DNA from: Phoronis australis
Taxonomy: Eukaryota > Animalia > Phoronida
Assembly (NCBI GenBank): GCA_002633005.1
Contig: NMRA01000374.1
Coordinates: 1-64,000 of the forward strand
Direction: 5' to 3'
DNA: 64,000 nucleotides
Shown piece by piece: positions 22,999 to 35,100 of the stretch; position 1 is the stretch's first letter; the number at the start of each line of letters is the position of its first letter. The notes below the pieces were generated by a model. That model saw only the letters and a list, made by a program, of their open reading frames with translations, had not been told where the DNA came from and ran no database searches. A program made the translations under genes and the position numbers.

Positions 22999-25079
22999 TA
23001 TTCATCTAAGGATAACACTTCTCCAAAAGAAGCGTAACCGTTACTCTGAACTGAGAGTCCCAAAAACGGGGCTTCCCGATGTTCTCCGGTGCCGCTATTT
23101 CCTTGGCCTCTCACTTTTGCCTCTGTTGTTTTGAAAGTAATTTTGTGCGCAGTTTTTGTTGCTTCCTCAATATTAAGGACTGTGCACAAAATGACTTTGT
23201 TGTACATTATTAAGATGGAATTATTTGTTGTCAGTCGTTGTGAACATAATATAAATACACTTGCTAAATTAAGCAAAGATCCTGCGAACGGTTTAGGAGA
23301 TACAGCCATATTTAGAGGAGGTATTGGGTTTTTTCAAAGCACTGGGCTTTCGGAGTAGTGGCGAAGCGTGACCTCAAGCAACGAAGCCAAAAACCACTTC
23401 TAATCGAAGTAAGGCACGTTGGTTAATGTCCATTTAAAGTTATGTGTTGACGCGCAGTGAGTTTAGTAAGACGTTAAACCTAATTATGTATGTTTAGTAG
23501 GTAAAGTAAAACACAGTTCTTCATGATGTCACTAGGTGACGCTTTGTACGAACATGAATATTCTCGGCTTTAGTGAGACCTATCATCTTTAATAATACAC
23601 GTTTAGTAGGTAGAGTAAAACAAGTTTGGAGGAATTCACATAGACTATTCAGCTCATCCAGACGTCTTTTATACGAGATAGGTTTTGAAAGGTCTCCCGT
23701 GCACACTCACCAAGAATAACAGGACTATGCATCAACAGCCTGTGGTCATTGATTAGGAAACAAGGATCAAAACGGAAGGAATTTAATAATCGATTATTTG
23801 TACTGTAATAGGTAGATGAATATTGTCGGATTGATATCCCCTGAGGTATACCGTTTAGCAGTCGATTATAACATCAAACCACACGTCTAAAGCAGAGGAA
23901 TATTGATGTGATTCACTTGAGTTCAGGGATTAACTCAATAGAAATCTCTACAGAACAAGGAGTATCACATCATAGAACATGCTGCGTCGCAGTGTTCAGT
24001 GTACTAGTTTTTCGTCTCGAAATTCACCACACGGGCAAGGATGACTTGCATGCTTAACGTAAGTAAAGAAAATACATGTACACCCCATTCTAGGCACTTG
24101 CATTATTCACGATACCATGTGTCTATTGGCGAGAAAGTTAGTTTTCGAAATCATCTCCAACGCAAAGTCTAGCCAGGAACTCTCGCGTCACCGAGTCAAA
24201 CGCATCCTGGCTGAGCTAATCGCATTCGGTGAAAATGTCCTTTAGTTACAAATACATGTAGAGCACAGCCCCTACAGACGAATTACACGAATTCGCCGGA
24301 TACATTGACGCGAGTGTGTGTGTGCATGTTTCATTTGGTTTACTTTCACAAAGGCTCGAAAGTGACATTTTGGAATTTTACAGTCGGCTGTCATTATAGA
24401 TTAGTGGGTTTCTACCGGGGATTACCGAGAGAAACACCCTGAGGGACGGACGCGGGAGCTTTTTCGCAAGCCTTGGGAAGCTTCTTCGGATTTTGCATTA
24501 CGGGTAGCAGCGCGTGCTCCCATTATTTGCTAAGGAAATTTTGCAAAAACGGTTATGTATTCGTTGAAGCTAGACAGTTTCACCTTAATTTGAAAATATG
24601 TATCACTCAGGTCCGTCATTGTAAAAAATACGGCGTTTCCTCTTTCAGTATCATTTCCTTAACTGACAGTATTAGCTGAGATAGTTTCCTACAAAGACTG
24701 ATGAAAAACTTGGATGCAGGCGCCAGTGCCTAGGTTTTGGCCTCTCCGCCTGGTGAATAGGCGATTCTGTTTCAAGAGATGCATTCTAAACTTGTCACAT
24801 GAGTGGCCACCAATAAGAAAAAGAGTGACTTCTTGTGTACGTATTACGAAAAGGTCTACTCATTTCCCTCCAAAAACCGAAAAGCGATTCAATTGTTGAC
24901 ACTCGAACAGTAGACCAATGACCAAACTAGGTTAAAGCATTTATCAAATCACAATTATGTAGTCGGCAGCCAAAATCCGTGATAAAGTATGCTGACACTA
25001 TCATGTTACAAGTTGATCAGTATGGACTGGTCAAATAACGCATAGCGACCCTACCAAGGGTTTTCAAGCTGTAAGTGCT

Positions 25080-25093
25080 GTTGCCATGGTAAC
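25080..25093. promoter_or_regulatory. RFX X-box consensus motif
   Basis: GTTGCCATGGTAAC, a near-perfect palindromic X-box. Function is unverified. Confidence 0.35.
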
Positions 25094-25920
25094 CAGGTGT
25101 ACAGCCAGCCGAAAAGAGTAGTTTCAGGTTTGAAGGCAAAGTCATGATCGAAGTGGGCAGCCATTGCCACATTACTTGCAGTGCTTTGTTGAAACTTCAG
25201 GGCTGTTGCTTCGAAACTACAAACCATTATTTGTACACTGAGGAAGTGTGCGATTTTTCACCTAGCCACTTTTTGAAATTTCGAACACACTGATTGGACG
25301 GTCAAAGATGGCGGTCAAAGTATGCAATTGCACGGACCCAGTTTCCTGAAATCTGGTTGGAATTGTGTACTTCAGGTTATGCCAAAGAACAACAAATGAA
25401 TTGCACAGTGACATTTGGCTTACCACAAAATCCAACTCTGCCTGGAGGTTTGGTTATTGGCATAGTTGTGTTGCACGCCCAGGAGAATTAATGAGGACCA
25501 TGTTATTGCAACAATAAACAAACGTACATTGTTTCCTGGTCCAGTTTTCAAAATTCAAAAACCTAATGACGTGTGCTTTTCACGAACTATTCAAATTGCT
25601 ATTTACATACTTTCAAAACGAAAATTAAAAAAAAAACATTTATTATATTTTTCAACATAAAATAATACACAAACTTAGGTTGGAAAGTCGCAGTGGCGCG
25701 CGGGTTCTGATACACTTTGTTCGGGCTTCCTGCGCATGCGAAATTGGACTTCAAAGCAGGACTTACATGTAGATCGAGTGGTTACATCCCAATACTGAGT
25801 CCGAAAACATGTCCCGGATTCAAATACAGCGCTACATTTGCTAAAATGTGTCAGTGAGTCTCGTAGAATGCCGACAAAAATTGAATTTAATGCTTTGTGG
25901 CCCAGTTCCACCTTCTTAAT

Positions 25921-25983
25921 TAGTACACCTTCGGACTAGTGCACCTTCGGACTTGTGCACCTTTGAACTAGTGAGCTGTTCCC
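25921..25983. repeat. 16-bp tandem repeat (tagtgcaccttcggac, ~3.5 copies); probable transposon subterminal repeat
   Basis: tagtacaccttcggac tagtgcaccttcggac ttgtgcacctttgaac tagtgagctgttccc. Confidence 0.65.
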
Positions 25984-28920
25984 GTTGCGCTAACATGCTG
26001 TTGGTGAATGCGTCGTTAACGTTAGGAAGCCTGAATAGGAATTGCTGGAGTAAACATCAATAATCGTTCAGCAAGAAGCTACCTTACTCAGTAGGCTCTG
26101 GTTGAAGGCACTTTTACCCGAAGTAGCAAACAGACTCGACGAGGAGCGAGTAAACAAGCTATTCGATCCAGTGGATCAGTTTTGACGATGACCTACATGT
26201 ACAGCTGAGTTTTTGAAGCCGAGCCTGGAAAACTCAAAAGCTTCAAGGCCAAAGTACATCCTGTTGCAGGGCCGTAGAAAGCTGGGGCGGGGGCATGTAC
26301 TCCCAACCCGAAGAATTGGCTGGCGTCAGGGTTAAACCGTGGTAAATGACATATGAGTGGGGCTGGGGCGGTGAAACACGGAGAAGAGAGAAAATTCAAG
26401 AGAACCTTTGTCGTTTACCATTGGGTGATTAACCATTTGAGGGCCCTGGACAGGACATTGTTGTTAGGGGACTCTTTATTTGCAGCTGCATAGATCGTCT
26501 AAACGCCCTTGAAAACGTGCACTTCATATTTCATACACATGTTTCGAAAAAACAAGAAAATTTGCAAAGCACATCTTTTGCTGAGTGTATTAATTCACTG
26601 GATTTTTAAATTCAATTAGACAATTTTGCGAATGCAAACTATATTTTTCCAGGGGCCCCTCTCTGGTATGGGATAACGAAGACATCTGTTGCTCTATTTT
26701 TTCGTGTTTTTTCTCGAAATTTAACATCAATTGAGGAAAAATTATGACCTAACAGATAGCATCAATTGCTGCGCATTTCCTGCTTTTTGAATCTATAGAT
26801 CTTATTATATTTAGGGGCCCAGCCCTTGAAGGAGGGGGAGGGGGGCATTGATGACATTCAAGTGGCCACCCATTTTGTGTTTTTATTTACAAATTCTCAA
26901 GGGGCCGCTCACGGAGAGAGCGTCCAATATTGGAATCGATTACCTCTATTTTTCTGGTTTTGTGAAATCGTGCCTTTCATTTTGAAGTTCACTATCTTTT
27001 TGCAGGGTCAAATGACGATGGAATTAAATGTCACCCTTGTCCTTGCTTAATGACATTTAGCCTTTCATCTCAAGGGGTCCCAGTTCAGACCAAACCCTCT
27101 CTCGGTGAGGCAGTTCGGGGAAATGTCCCTTTGTCACCCTATACATGTAAATCCGACACTATCAAGTATTCACGAGATGAAATTTAGATGACGAATTCAT
27201 AAAAAACATAAAACTTTCCTGCAAAGCAAGGTAGCATCAAGATATTCTATCCAAACAACCAGAAAATGCGAAAAAACAAAAAGAACGTGAAAACACTATT
27301 TGTGAATTGTACAAGAAGACTGTTTCCGATGGTTAGGTATAACATAATGTAACTTTTCACATAGTATCACAAGAATAGTATGTATTTTGAAGGTCGTTAC
27401 TAGGGTTTTTTTGTCAGGAATTCGCACATGTCAAACAAGCTGTCGGGATATGATTTTGGATGACCGTGTAAATGTCTATGGAGGGTACTCAAAGTACTCG
27501 CAATTATAAAGATTTCAGCGATTGTTTAGAGTTCATGTTTGGCTCGTAAACCGCAAGAGGTACAACCTCTGAAATGAACAAATATACATGTTAACGCCAC
27601 TGAATTGGGAAAAATTCTTGAGGAAACCTCAAACCCCGTAGGATACTCCATTACCCATATTCCCCCGGTTACCCGTCAAAAAGATGTGAGCATGCCTTTG
27701 GAATTTACTGATAACCTTCTGTTTTGATAAACAAATTCGTTGGTTTTTGATTTACACGCTTTACGAAAATCCACAGATTCACAGATGATTAGTTTGACAA
27801 TTCGAAGCTAATTTTGTAAGAAATGGTGATGCTTAAGTAAATTTAGTTGCAGTCTGAAGTTGTGAAAAGCTCCGATATCCAAATAGCATAGTACACTTAG
27901 ACAATTTTTGCCTATCTAAAATAACTCTCAAAGGCATTGATGGAATTCGGACAGGGTGTCCCAAAATATAATCACAAGTCAGCTAACACTAAATGCACTG
28001 TTTTTGACTGAGGCACCATATTTTTTGGTTAAAACTCACAAACAGGAGATCAAAACCGAATAAAGTCATTAAATGAAAGTAGACGCACAGTTCATAGAAT
28101 CGATTGCCTCTACACTGTATTTCCCTGTTTTGTGAAATCCTACAACTTTTTATGTTAAGGAAGCTAGGTCAATTTTTGGCGGGTCACGTGGTGATGGAGT
28201 ATGTTGTCACTCGTTTAAATGTTTAGTGACATTAAGCATTCCGTATTACGGGTTAGCCTTTCAGACGGGGTCTTACCTAGGAAGAGCAGCCGAGGATAAT
28301 TGCTCCTCTTCGGGCCTGTGTAGACGCTACTCTGTTAACTATTCATGAGGTGAAGGAGATTATTGGCAAATTTCATCGAAAAAATACCAAAAATATTCTT
28401 GAACAGTACAGCAATATCATGAAATTCGGCACAAACAATTAAAAACGATTGTATTGAAAAATACATTAGGATGGACCGCCATGGAAAGGATGGACATTTA
28501 CAGAACTAGTGAAGGTCACTGTGAATTACGCAGTAGTGATATTTCTTATGGTTTTTTACCGATAAAATGTCGCTACTTTTTCTCAAGAAATCACTCAGTA
28601 ATTCTTTTGAAGATAGTTACTAGGTGTTGTTTGTATATAACTCGCGCATGTCGAACACACTGTGCTGGTGGTAGAGGTGCTAGTTTTCGACAGATAACCA
28701 TTGTGGCGAATGGCAAGATGGTGGAGTGAACACTCCTGTTGTACCGCACTCCATGGTGGTACAAAGCGCGTGGGACATATTTTATTGTGTTGTTTTATCA
28801 TTGCTCACACTAAGCACGTGCACCATGGCTGCTAGACATTTCTCGTTCTGACACAGACGCTCAATCAATTGCAGATATGACGCCGCTGAACGCTACTTCG
28901 TCCACGTGTAAGATTATTCC

Positions 28921-29113
28921 ATGAAGTTTTTCCCGAGAAACATTCGACGGCGCTTCATGTTTTATAGAAAATTTCGAAAATGGCATATACTGCTAGTTGT
29001 TTGCCTCATTTTGCTGATTTTTCTACTGGTTGTGGACCAAAATGTGTCAGAATACAAAAGGACAAAAAGACTCCATGCAACGCGTAAGAGAAACAAAGAT
29101 AAAGAAGAAAATG
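28921..29113 (+). CDS. Hexosaminidase exon 1: basic cytoplasmic tail plus transmembrane anchor
   Basis: [44 protein letters not shown]. Donor G|GTGAGT is phase 1, compatible with the exon at 32396. Confidence 0.72.
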
Positions 29114-32100
29114 GTGAGTACATGTATTTCCAGAGACCACTTTACACGTCATCTGACACTGACCCGAACATATACAGTGATGAAGACAATCTCCATACCC
29201 CATAGAGGGTTGTTCCCATTAACAATGTGCTTTTTTCTCGAACAAGTGCAGCCAAGCGACCAAAATATCAGGAGTAAATCGGCACATTTTCCATTATGTT
29301 TCATGGGAAAAAACATATTTATCAAAAATTTTGCTATTTGCTATAGGTTCTGGACATTTAACCTGAAGTGTCAAAGTCTACCATAGCCTTGCTATAAAGC
29401 TGTATATTAAATATACATGTACAGCTTTGCACCGATGTGGGTAAAAAAGTGGTAAGATAGAATCTGACACAAAATTAGTGTCATTAAAAAGTACAGTCTT
29501 CCTTGAGTAAACTAAAATATTTAACGGTGTTGGAAAAAATGGCGTTCTACCGTTATTCTGCTGTTAAAGTTGTGGAGCGATCTTTAGCGACGTACCTAGC
29601 TGTATTTTGACGACAGTCTTCATACAGCTAGCTGGTTGACTAAGTCTACCAGAACATTTTGAAAATCACCCAGACACAATTCGCCATTGGAGTAAGGGAT
29701 TTATACAGGATTCCATAACAACGAGTCCAAATTAAAAAAAAATCAAACCAAACACGCCTTGTCCCCACCAGCATTGGTGGTTCTTCGGTAACCCAGTGAC
29801 CGCGGAGCCATGCAGTAGTGCGTACACTAATCCAACAGGAGCGGTGTTGACTTAAAAGTAGAAATATACGTGTCTGACTTAATATAAGCCTTTCATTTAA
29901 TCAATGAGTAAAACTGGGTTACATATTCCAAGTTCAAATTCATTTTTCATATCCAGTCAAAACATAGATATGCAAAATATACTTTTTGACGAACGGCTTG
30001 CCTACAACTACTCATTTCAAGATCTTGGCACATTTCCCATGCATTGGTTATCAACACACCAGCGGTGTACGTAGAATGTTACATTGATGGGCCAAATATC
30101 CCCCGCCCCATGTTCAGACTGGCGGTAAGAGTGATGATCCAGAGACATGCGCAAATACCTTGTAGCTCAAATAAAAGTCTTTGTTGTACATCACTTAAAC
30201 ACCCATTAATAGTATATATTCGCAGAGCATTGGAAACCCCGGGGAAAAACGAAGTCTATAAAGGCGTGTTTGAAACAGATAGGCCTACGCGTAAGATTTA
30301 GGGAACTTTGCGATGACCCTATTCGGGACCGCTTCGTTCAAGCGGGCAATGGTACCGTAGTCAGCTCAGTGAATGCAGACTTTGAAACGCTATGATTATG
30401 GTTCAAGTTCGCTATCTACAATGGCGTAGACGCGGAAGAATACGTTCCAATCATCACGGTGCTGATAACAGATGCAAAAAGAAAGGGAATTTCGACAAAC
30501 CAGTAGGCTAAGCGTGTGTGAGGACAGTTTATCTCTGAATCCTCCTCACGGAGATTAAAAACTGAAGTGGATTCATTTTATGCCTGCAGATGGACGCACG
30601 CAAAGTGGCATACCTCATGAAGTAGGTGACAACGTGGGTTACAGGGGTGAGGGCATGGACAAACGAGAAGGAAGGTAATTTCCGTCCAGTAAAGCTTTTA
30701 TTTTAATCTTACTCGCATGTTTTGCGTTGATAAGTTTCGAAACTTGAAGCAAAAACGAGGTTTCATAGAATCTCTTAAAAACAAATAATTACAAGCATGT
30801 GCGTTCTTTTTGTTTAAAAGACTACCAAACCAAGATCATTTTGATCCTTAGCTCATGTTTAGTTGAAAGTCTGATACTACGCGCCTCATATCGGTTTCAT
30901 GAAGCACCGAATGCTGGCTTACGGCTGGTTAAATATCATGACAATCCTTATATTTAGCTCTTGCTCGGGTTTGATAAAATCTCATAATTTCGTTTCATAT
31001 GACAAAGAGCGTTAATTTACACCATTAACCTGAACAATGTCATGTTAAAGGCACAATTGCAAAATTTGATGATCCCGAAAAAGTGTTAGACCGTTTTTCT
31101 TGACAGTAACAAGATCTAGAAATCCAGTGACTTGTTCAAGTTGGGTAAACCATTGCCCAATTATTATGGCTTGCTGACCAGAGCTCTGCAATTATTAAAA
31201 TATCAATTTTCAGCTTAAATTCACTTTTTTCTTTGGCTATATCCAGGAGATTAAAATGACATGATCGAGGGCAGTGACTTGTAAAAGTGTAAGACTCAAA
31301 ATTGAACACAATCGCCTAAAATTTATGTTTAACAACTATTGACTACGTAAGGCTGAGAGTTTTGGTAGCCGATAAAAATATGAGTTTCAAGCTACACCAG
31401 ATCCGTGCCTCTCTCGCATTGGCAATACGGAAATCAAAATGGTGTCAAGTGACGTATGAGACTAAAACAGTTCCCAGAACACCATTTAGTCATCATCTTC
31501 CGGTCATTTCAAAACACGCCTGTCGTAATATATTATAACTGATTTATAGGCATACAGTAACCTCATAGTTGTATATATATATATATAGAACGGGAGAACA
31601 TCGTTTCATTAAGCTTCATCTGTACACACGCAGATACGTAGGAGACTCGTTTGCTTTCACCGAAAGCCAGGGTGTCTAAACATGCCTGTTGTTTGGAGAG
31701 CAAACTGGTGCGTTAAACACTGATAATAGAACTGTTGGGTCTATTACGCCTGTCGTAGTCGACTCTAAACGTTTACCTTGTGATTAATCATCCACTTGTT
31801 TTTGGACGATTGCTACCATTTGCACGACTAAGACCGGAGACAATGGGCGACTTGATATTCACTATGCATTGGCAATGAAAAATGCCCATTTTTACCTAAA
31901 ATGCGGTGAAAGCAGTATGACAGTTCAACAACAAGGAAGTTTTTCCACGTGGTCAGTTAAATCCATGTATTTCTGCGCTTAGAGTCCTTATTCCAGTAGC
32001 GCTACCGCCGTGAATTTCGAGTCTCCCATTATTGATGGAATTGTATCGGCTAGGCCACTGTGCCAACATGGAGTATTCTGGTGAATTTATAAATTGCAGA

Positions 32101-35100
32101 CTATCGTACATGGACATGAATGAAGAACACGTTGCTAAGAACCCAGCGCCTGACCAGCAGCGCGGTTTGTATAGTTTGACGTACAATTCTGTTGAAAATT
32201 GCAACGTGTTTATTAACAGGAGGCGCTCTTTTTGTCTAGTGCAACACAAGATGTAACACTCATATTTCTAAACTTTTTGTACTTTGATAACGTTTTGTAA
32301 CCATTGTTTCACACGGTTGAGCACGTGTCTTGTGAACAGTACTTTGCACAGAACAGTCTGATTTGGAGAGTTGCATGGGCACTTTTTACTTGCAGTCATC
32401 GACGAAAGCTTACCAGTTCGACACGAAGCTCAATCTTCCAGAGGCCAACCGTGGCCCATGCCTGTCCACTTTGCAACCACAGGTGATAGCGCAATGGCAC
32501 TCTCGAAAAGCTTTAAATTCTACAAACACGGGCAGACGTGCGCTATACTATCTGAAGCAATTGGAAGATACACGCGTATCATCATGGAACAACGTCGCGA
32601 CACGACCACATCTCGTAATAGACAGTTGCTGTCAGGAATCAGTATTCAGATGTCGACACCTTGCAGTGATGACGATTACCCGGCACTGGATTCGGATGAG
32701 TCATGTACCTGTCTTTTAAAGCCAATTTCAGTCAGTGCTAGATTAAGGTTCCCTCGGACCTAGGCTCCAAAAAGTCTATTGGTGTAACTTGACCTGCACA
32801 TACCATAGCATTACTGCCCCCCCACCCGCCCCTCTGCCAACTTTTTTTTTAATGTTTATTACGAAATCTTCAGAATACAATGAATATACATAACCCAGAA
32901 AGCGCCAAGAGGCATTAGATCTGGGTAAAAAATACAAAGAAGTCTATATACAATGATTATATACGAATACATAAATAAAAAAACTGATGTTAAGAATACA
33001 ATGATATATGACAACGAATGAAAATAATTCATTTTCATACAGATGTATAAAATTCTATCCACTCACACAAAGAGATTTAATGTTATAAAGAAATTCTGAT
33101 ACTATTTCAAATAAAACCATATTTTCGTTTGAGTTAAGTTCTTGACATCCATATAGAAAGAAATTAATTTTGTTGTACAATTGCGGAATTTCAGAGTATT
33201 TTTTATAAACATTGGGGTATTGTTCGAGTGCCTGGAAGAGCTGTACCCTCTCCTCCTTGCATACCTCACAAGCAAAGAAAACATGAGGATATGTCTGGGT
33301 ATCTCCACAGGAACACAGAGCCGAAATATTATTAAAATTATGTCTAAATTTCTCGTTGTTTAGGAATAGACCACATCTTGATCTGTATAGGGTTATTTCA
33401 TGGTTGCGGGGAAGTTGGAATGATGTCAATGGGACTGGCAAGTCTGGAGTAGTGGTATGCATTTTAAAGTTATTTTTGAGAGTGACGATTGAAGTGCTTT
33501 CTTTTATTTTGAATGGTAAGGAATTCCAGTTGTCAATACAAGTTAATATCGTTGATCTTCTAAAGGCTTGGCTGATGGAGGCTGGAATAGTATACATATT
33601 GCTTTGCCGGAGTCCTGGTCTCGTGCTTGGTCTTTTGTAGGAGTCAAAGAGGATTTTGTTAGAGTAATTGTTTATGTTGGTTAAGACTTTGAATGTATAC
33701 ATAGACAGGTGAAGTTTACGACGGGTTGCTAGTTTGCTCCAGTGAAGACTATTTAGAACCTTGATTGTGTTGGACCCTCTGTATGCCCCAGTTGTGGCTA
33801 AAGCTGCTTGGTATTGTAGTCTTTCTAATTGGAGAAGTATGCCAGCGTTTGCCGATTGGTAGATTATGTCACAGTAATCTAGATGTGGAAGTACAAAAGA
33901 CTTGAACAGAGTTTGAAGATGCATGGAGTTGAGATGACGAGAGATAACTCTAATTGAATTAATTAATTTTTGTACTTTTTGAACGAGTTCGCGACAATGA
34001 GGAGTAAATGTAAGCTTATGGTCGAGTAGCAAGCCAAGATGTTTGTGCGTGAACTTATTGGGGATAACTTCCCCATTGAGTGATAATTCCAGTGTTGGAT
34101 TTGTTTGGAAATGAGTATTATTAGACTTAGAAATATAAGATCAACACTTTTTTCAGGTTTAAATTTCCCCTCTGCCAACTCGCGACGAGGATTTTACCAG
34201 ATTTCACACCGTTCTGTTTGAAGAGTAATAAATAACGCTTGCAACTCCGGGCAATGTCTCGCGGGATCTCGTCAAAGTCCCAAGAAGCTAGCATTGATTT
34301 TCTTGTGCTAGGGAAATGTTTAACGAATACAATTTCAACTTAAATTTATCATTGTCTACTCAAGTTCCTACTTGTAATCTTTAATTGATATACCTGCATG
34401 CAGCTTGGGTGAAGTTGCCGCTAGTAATCGTCTCGTCACTTGTTGTTTTAGATTTGATCAACATTGAAAAGCGTTTCCTAAGGGCCCGTGAGGTGTGGGG
34501 TGTTCTTCGGGGCTTGGAAACCTTCAGTCAGCTGATCTATTCCAATGACAATAACGAGGCAAGTGCAATACTGTTGTAGTGTTAATTGAAACATGCTGAA
34601 ATTTCTTTTTTGTTGAATGAAACGTGAATCGCAAACGTTTAAGAAACATAGTAAACATTTTGCTTCTTTAAAAGTTCTTCTATATTCTATTTGGAAGATT
34701 GACATGCTCAACATAACCCCATCCTGATCCAAATTGGGACTGTTCTTCCATTGTTTTGTGGGTAAATGGTAAGATCTAGAAATATCTCCGTTAAGACTAC
34801 CAAACTGGTCTTGCTGTGGCAGCAGCGGCTCAACATTGAGTTCACTGAGTGTGTCCCGTCACTCAATTGGAGCTGCCAAATTTTGAAATGTCTGCCTGTT
34901 CAGTCTGAGCTATTTGTTTTGCAATGTTTTTGACTGTTGAAACGCCACAAGTTGTGGGAGCGGAAATGATATCCTATAAATGTTCTAGTTTCGATTTTTT
35001 GGAAAGATGAACAGGAAGATTACTGTACTTTAAGGCATTAAGTAAACTCTTGGTGTAACCATTGACGGCGTGTTTTAATGACTAGGCATATAGCCCTTGT

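Noticed and set aside
21427-25983. Short tandem arrays (21-bp and 16-bp units) as CRISPR-like arrays
   Set aside because: No unique spacers and no cas genes, and the context is eukaryotic.
31045-31520. TTAA|AGGCACAATTGC as the left end of another Kolobok-like element
   Set aside because: No matching right TIR was found by eye.
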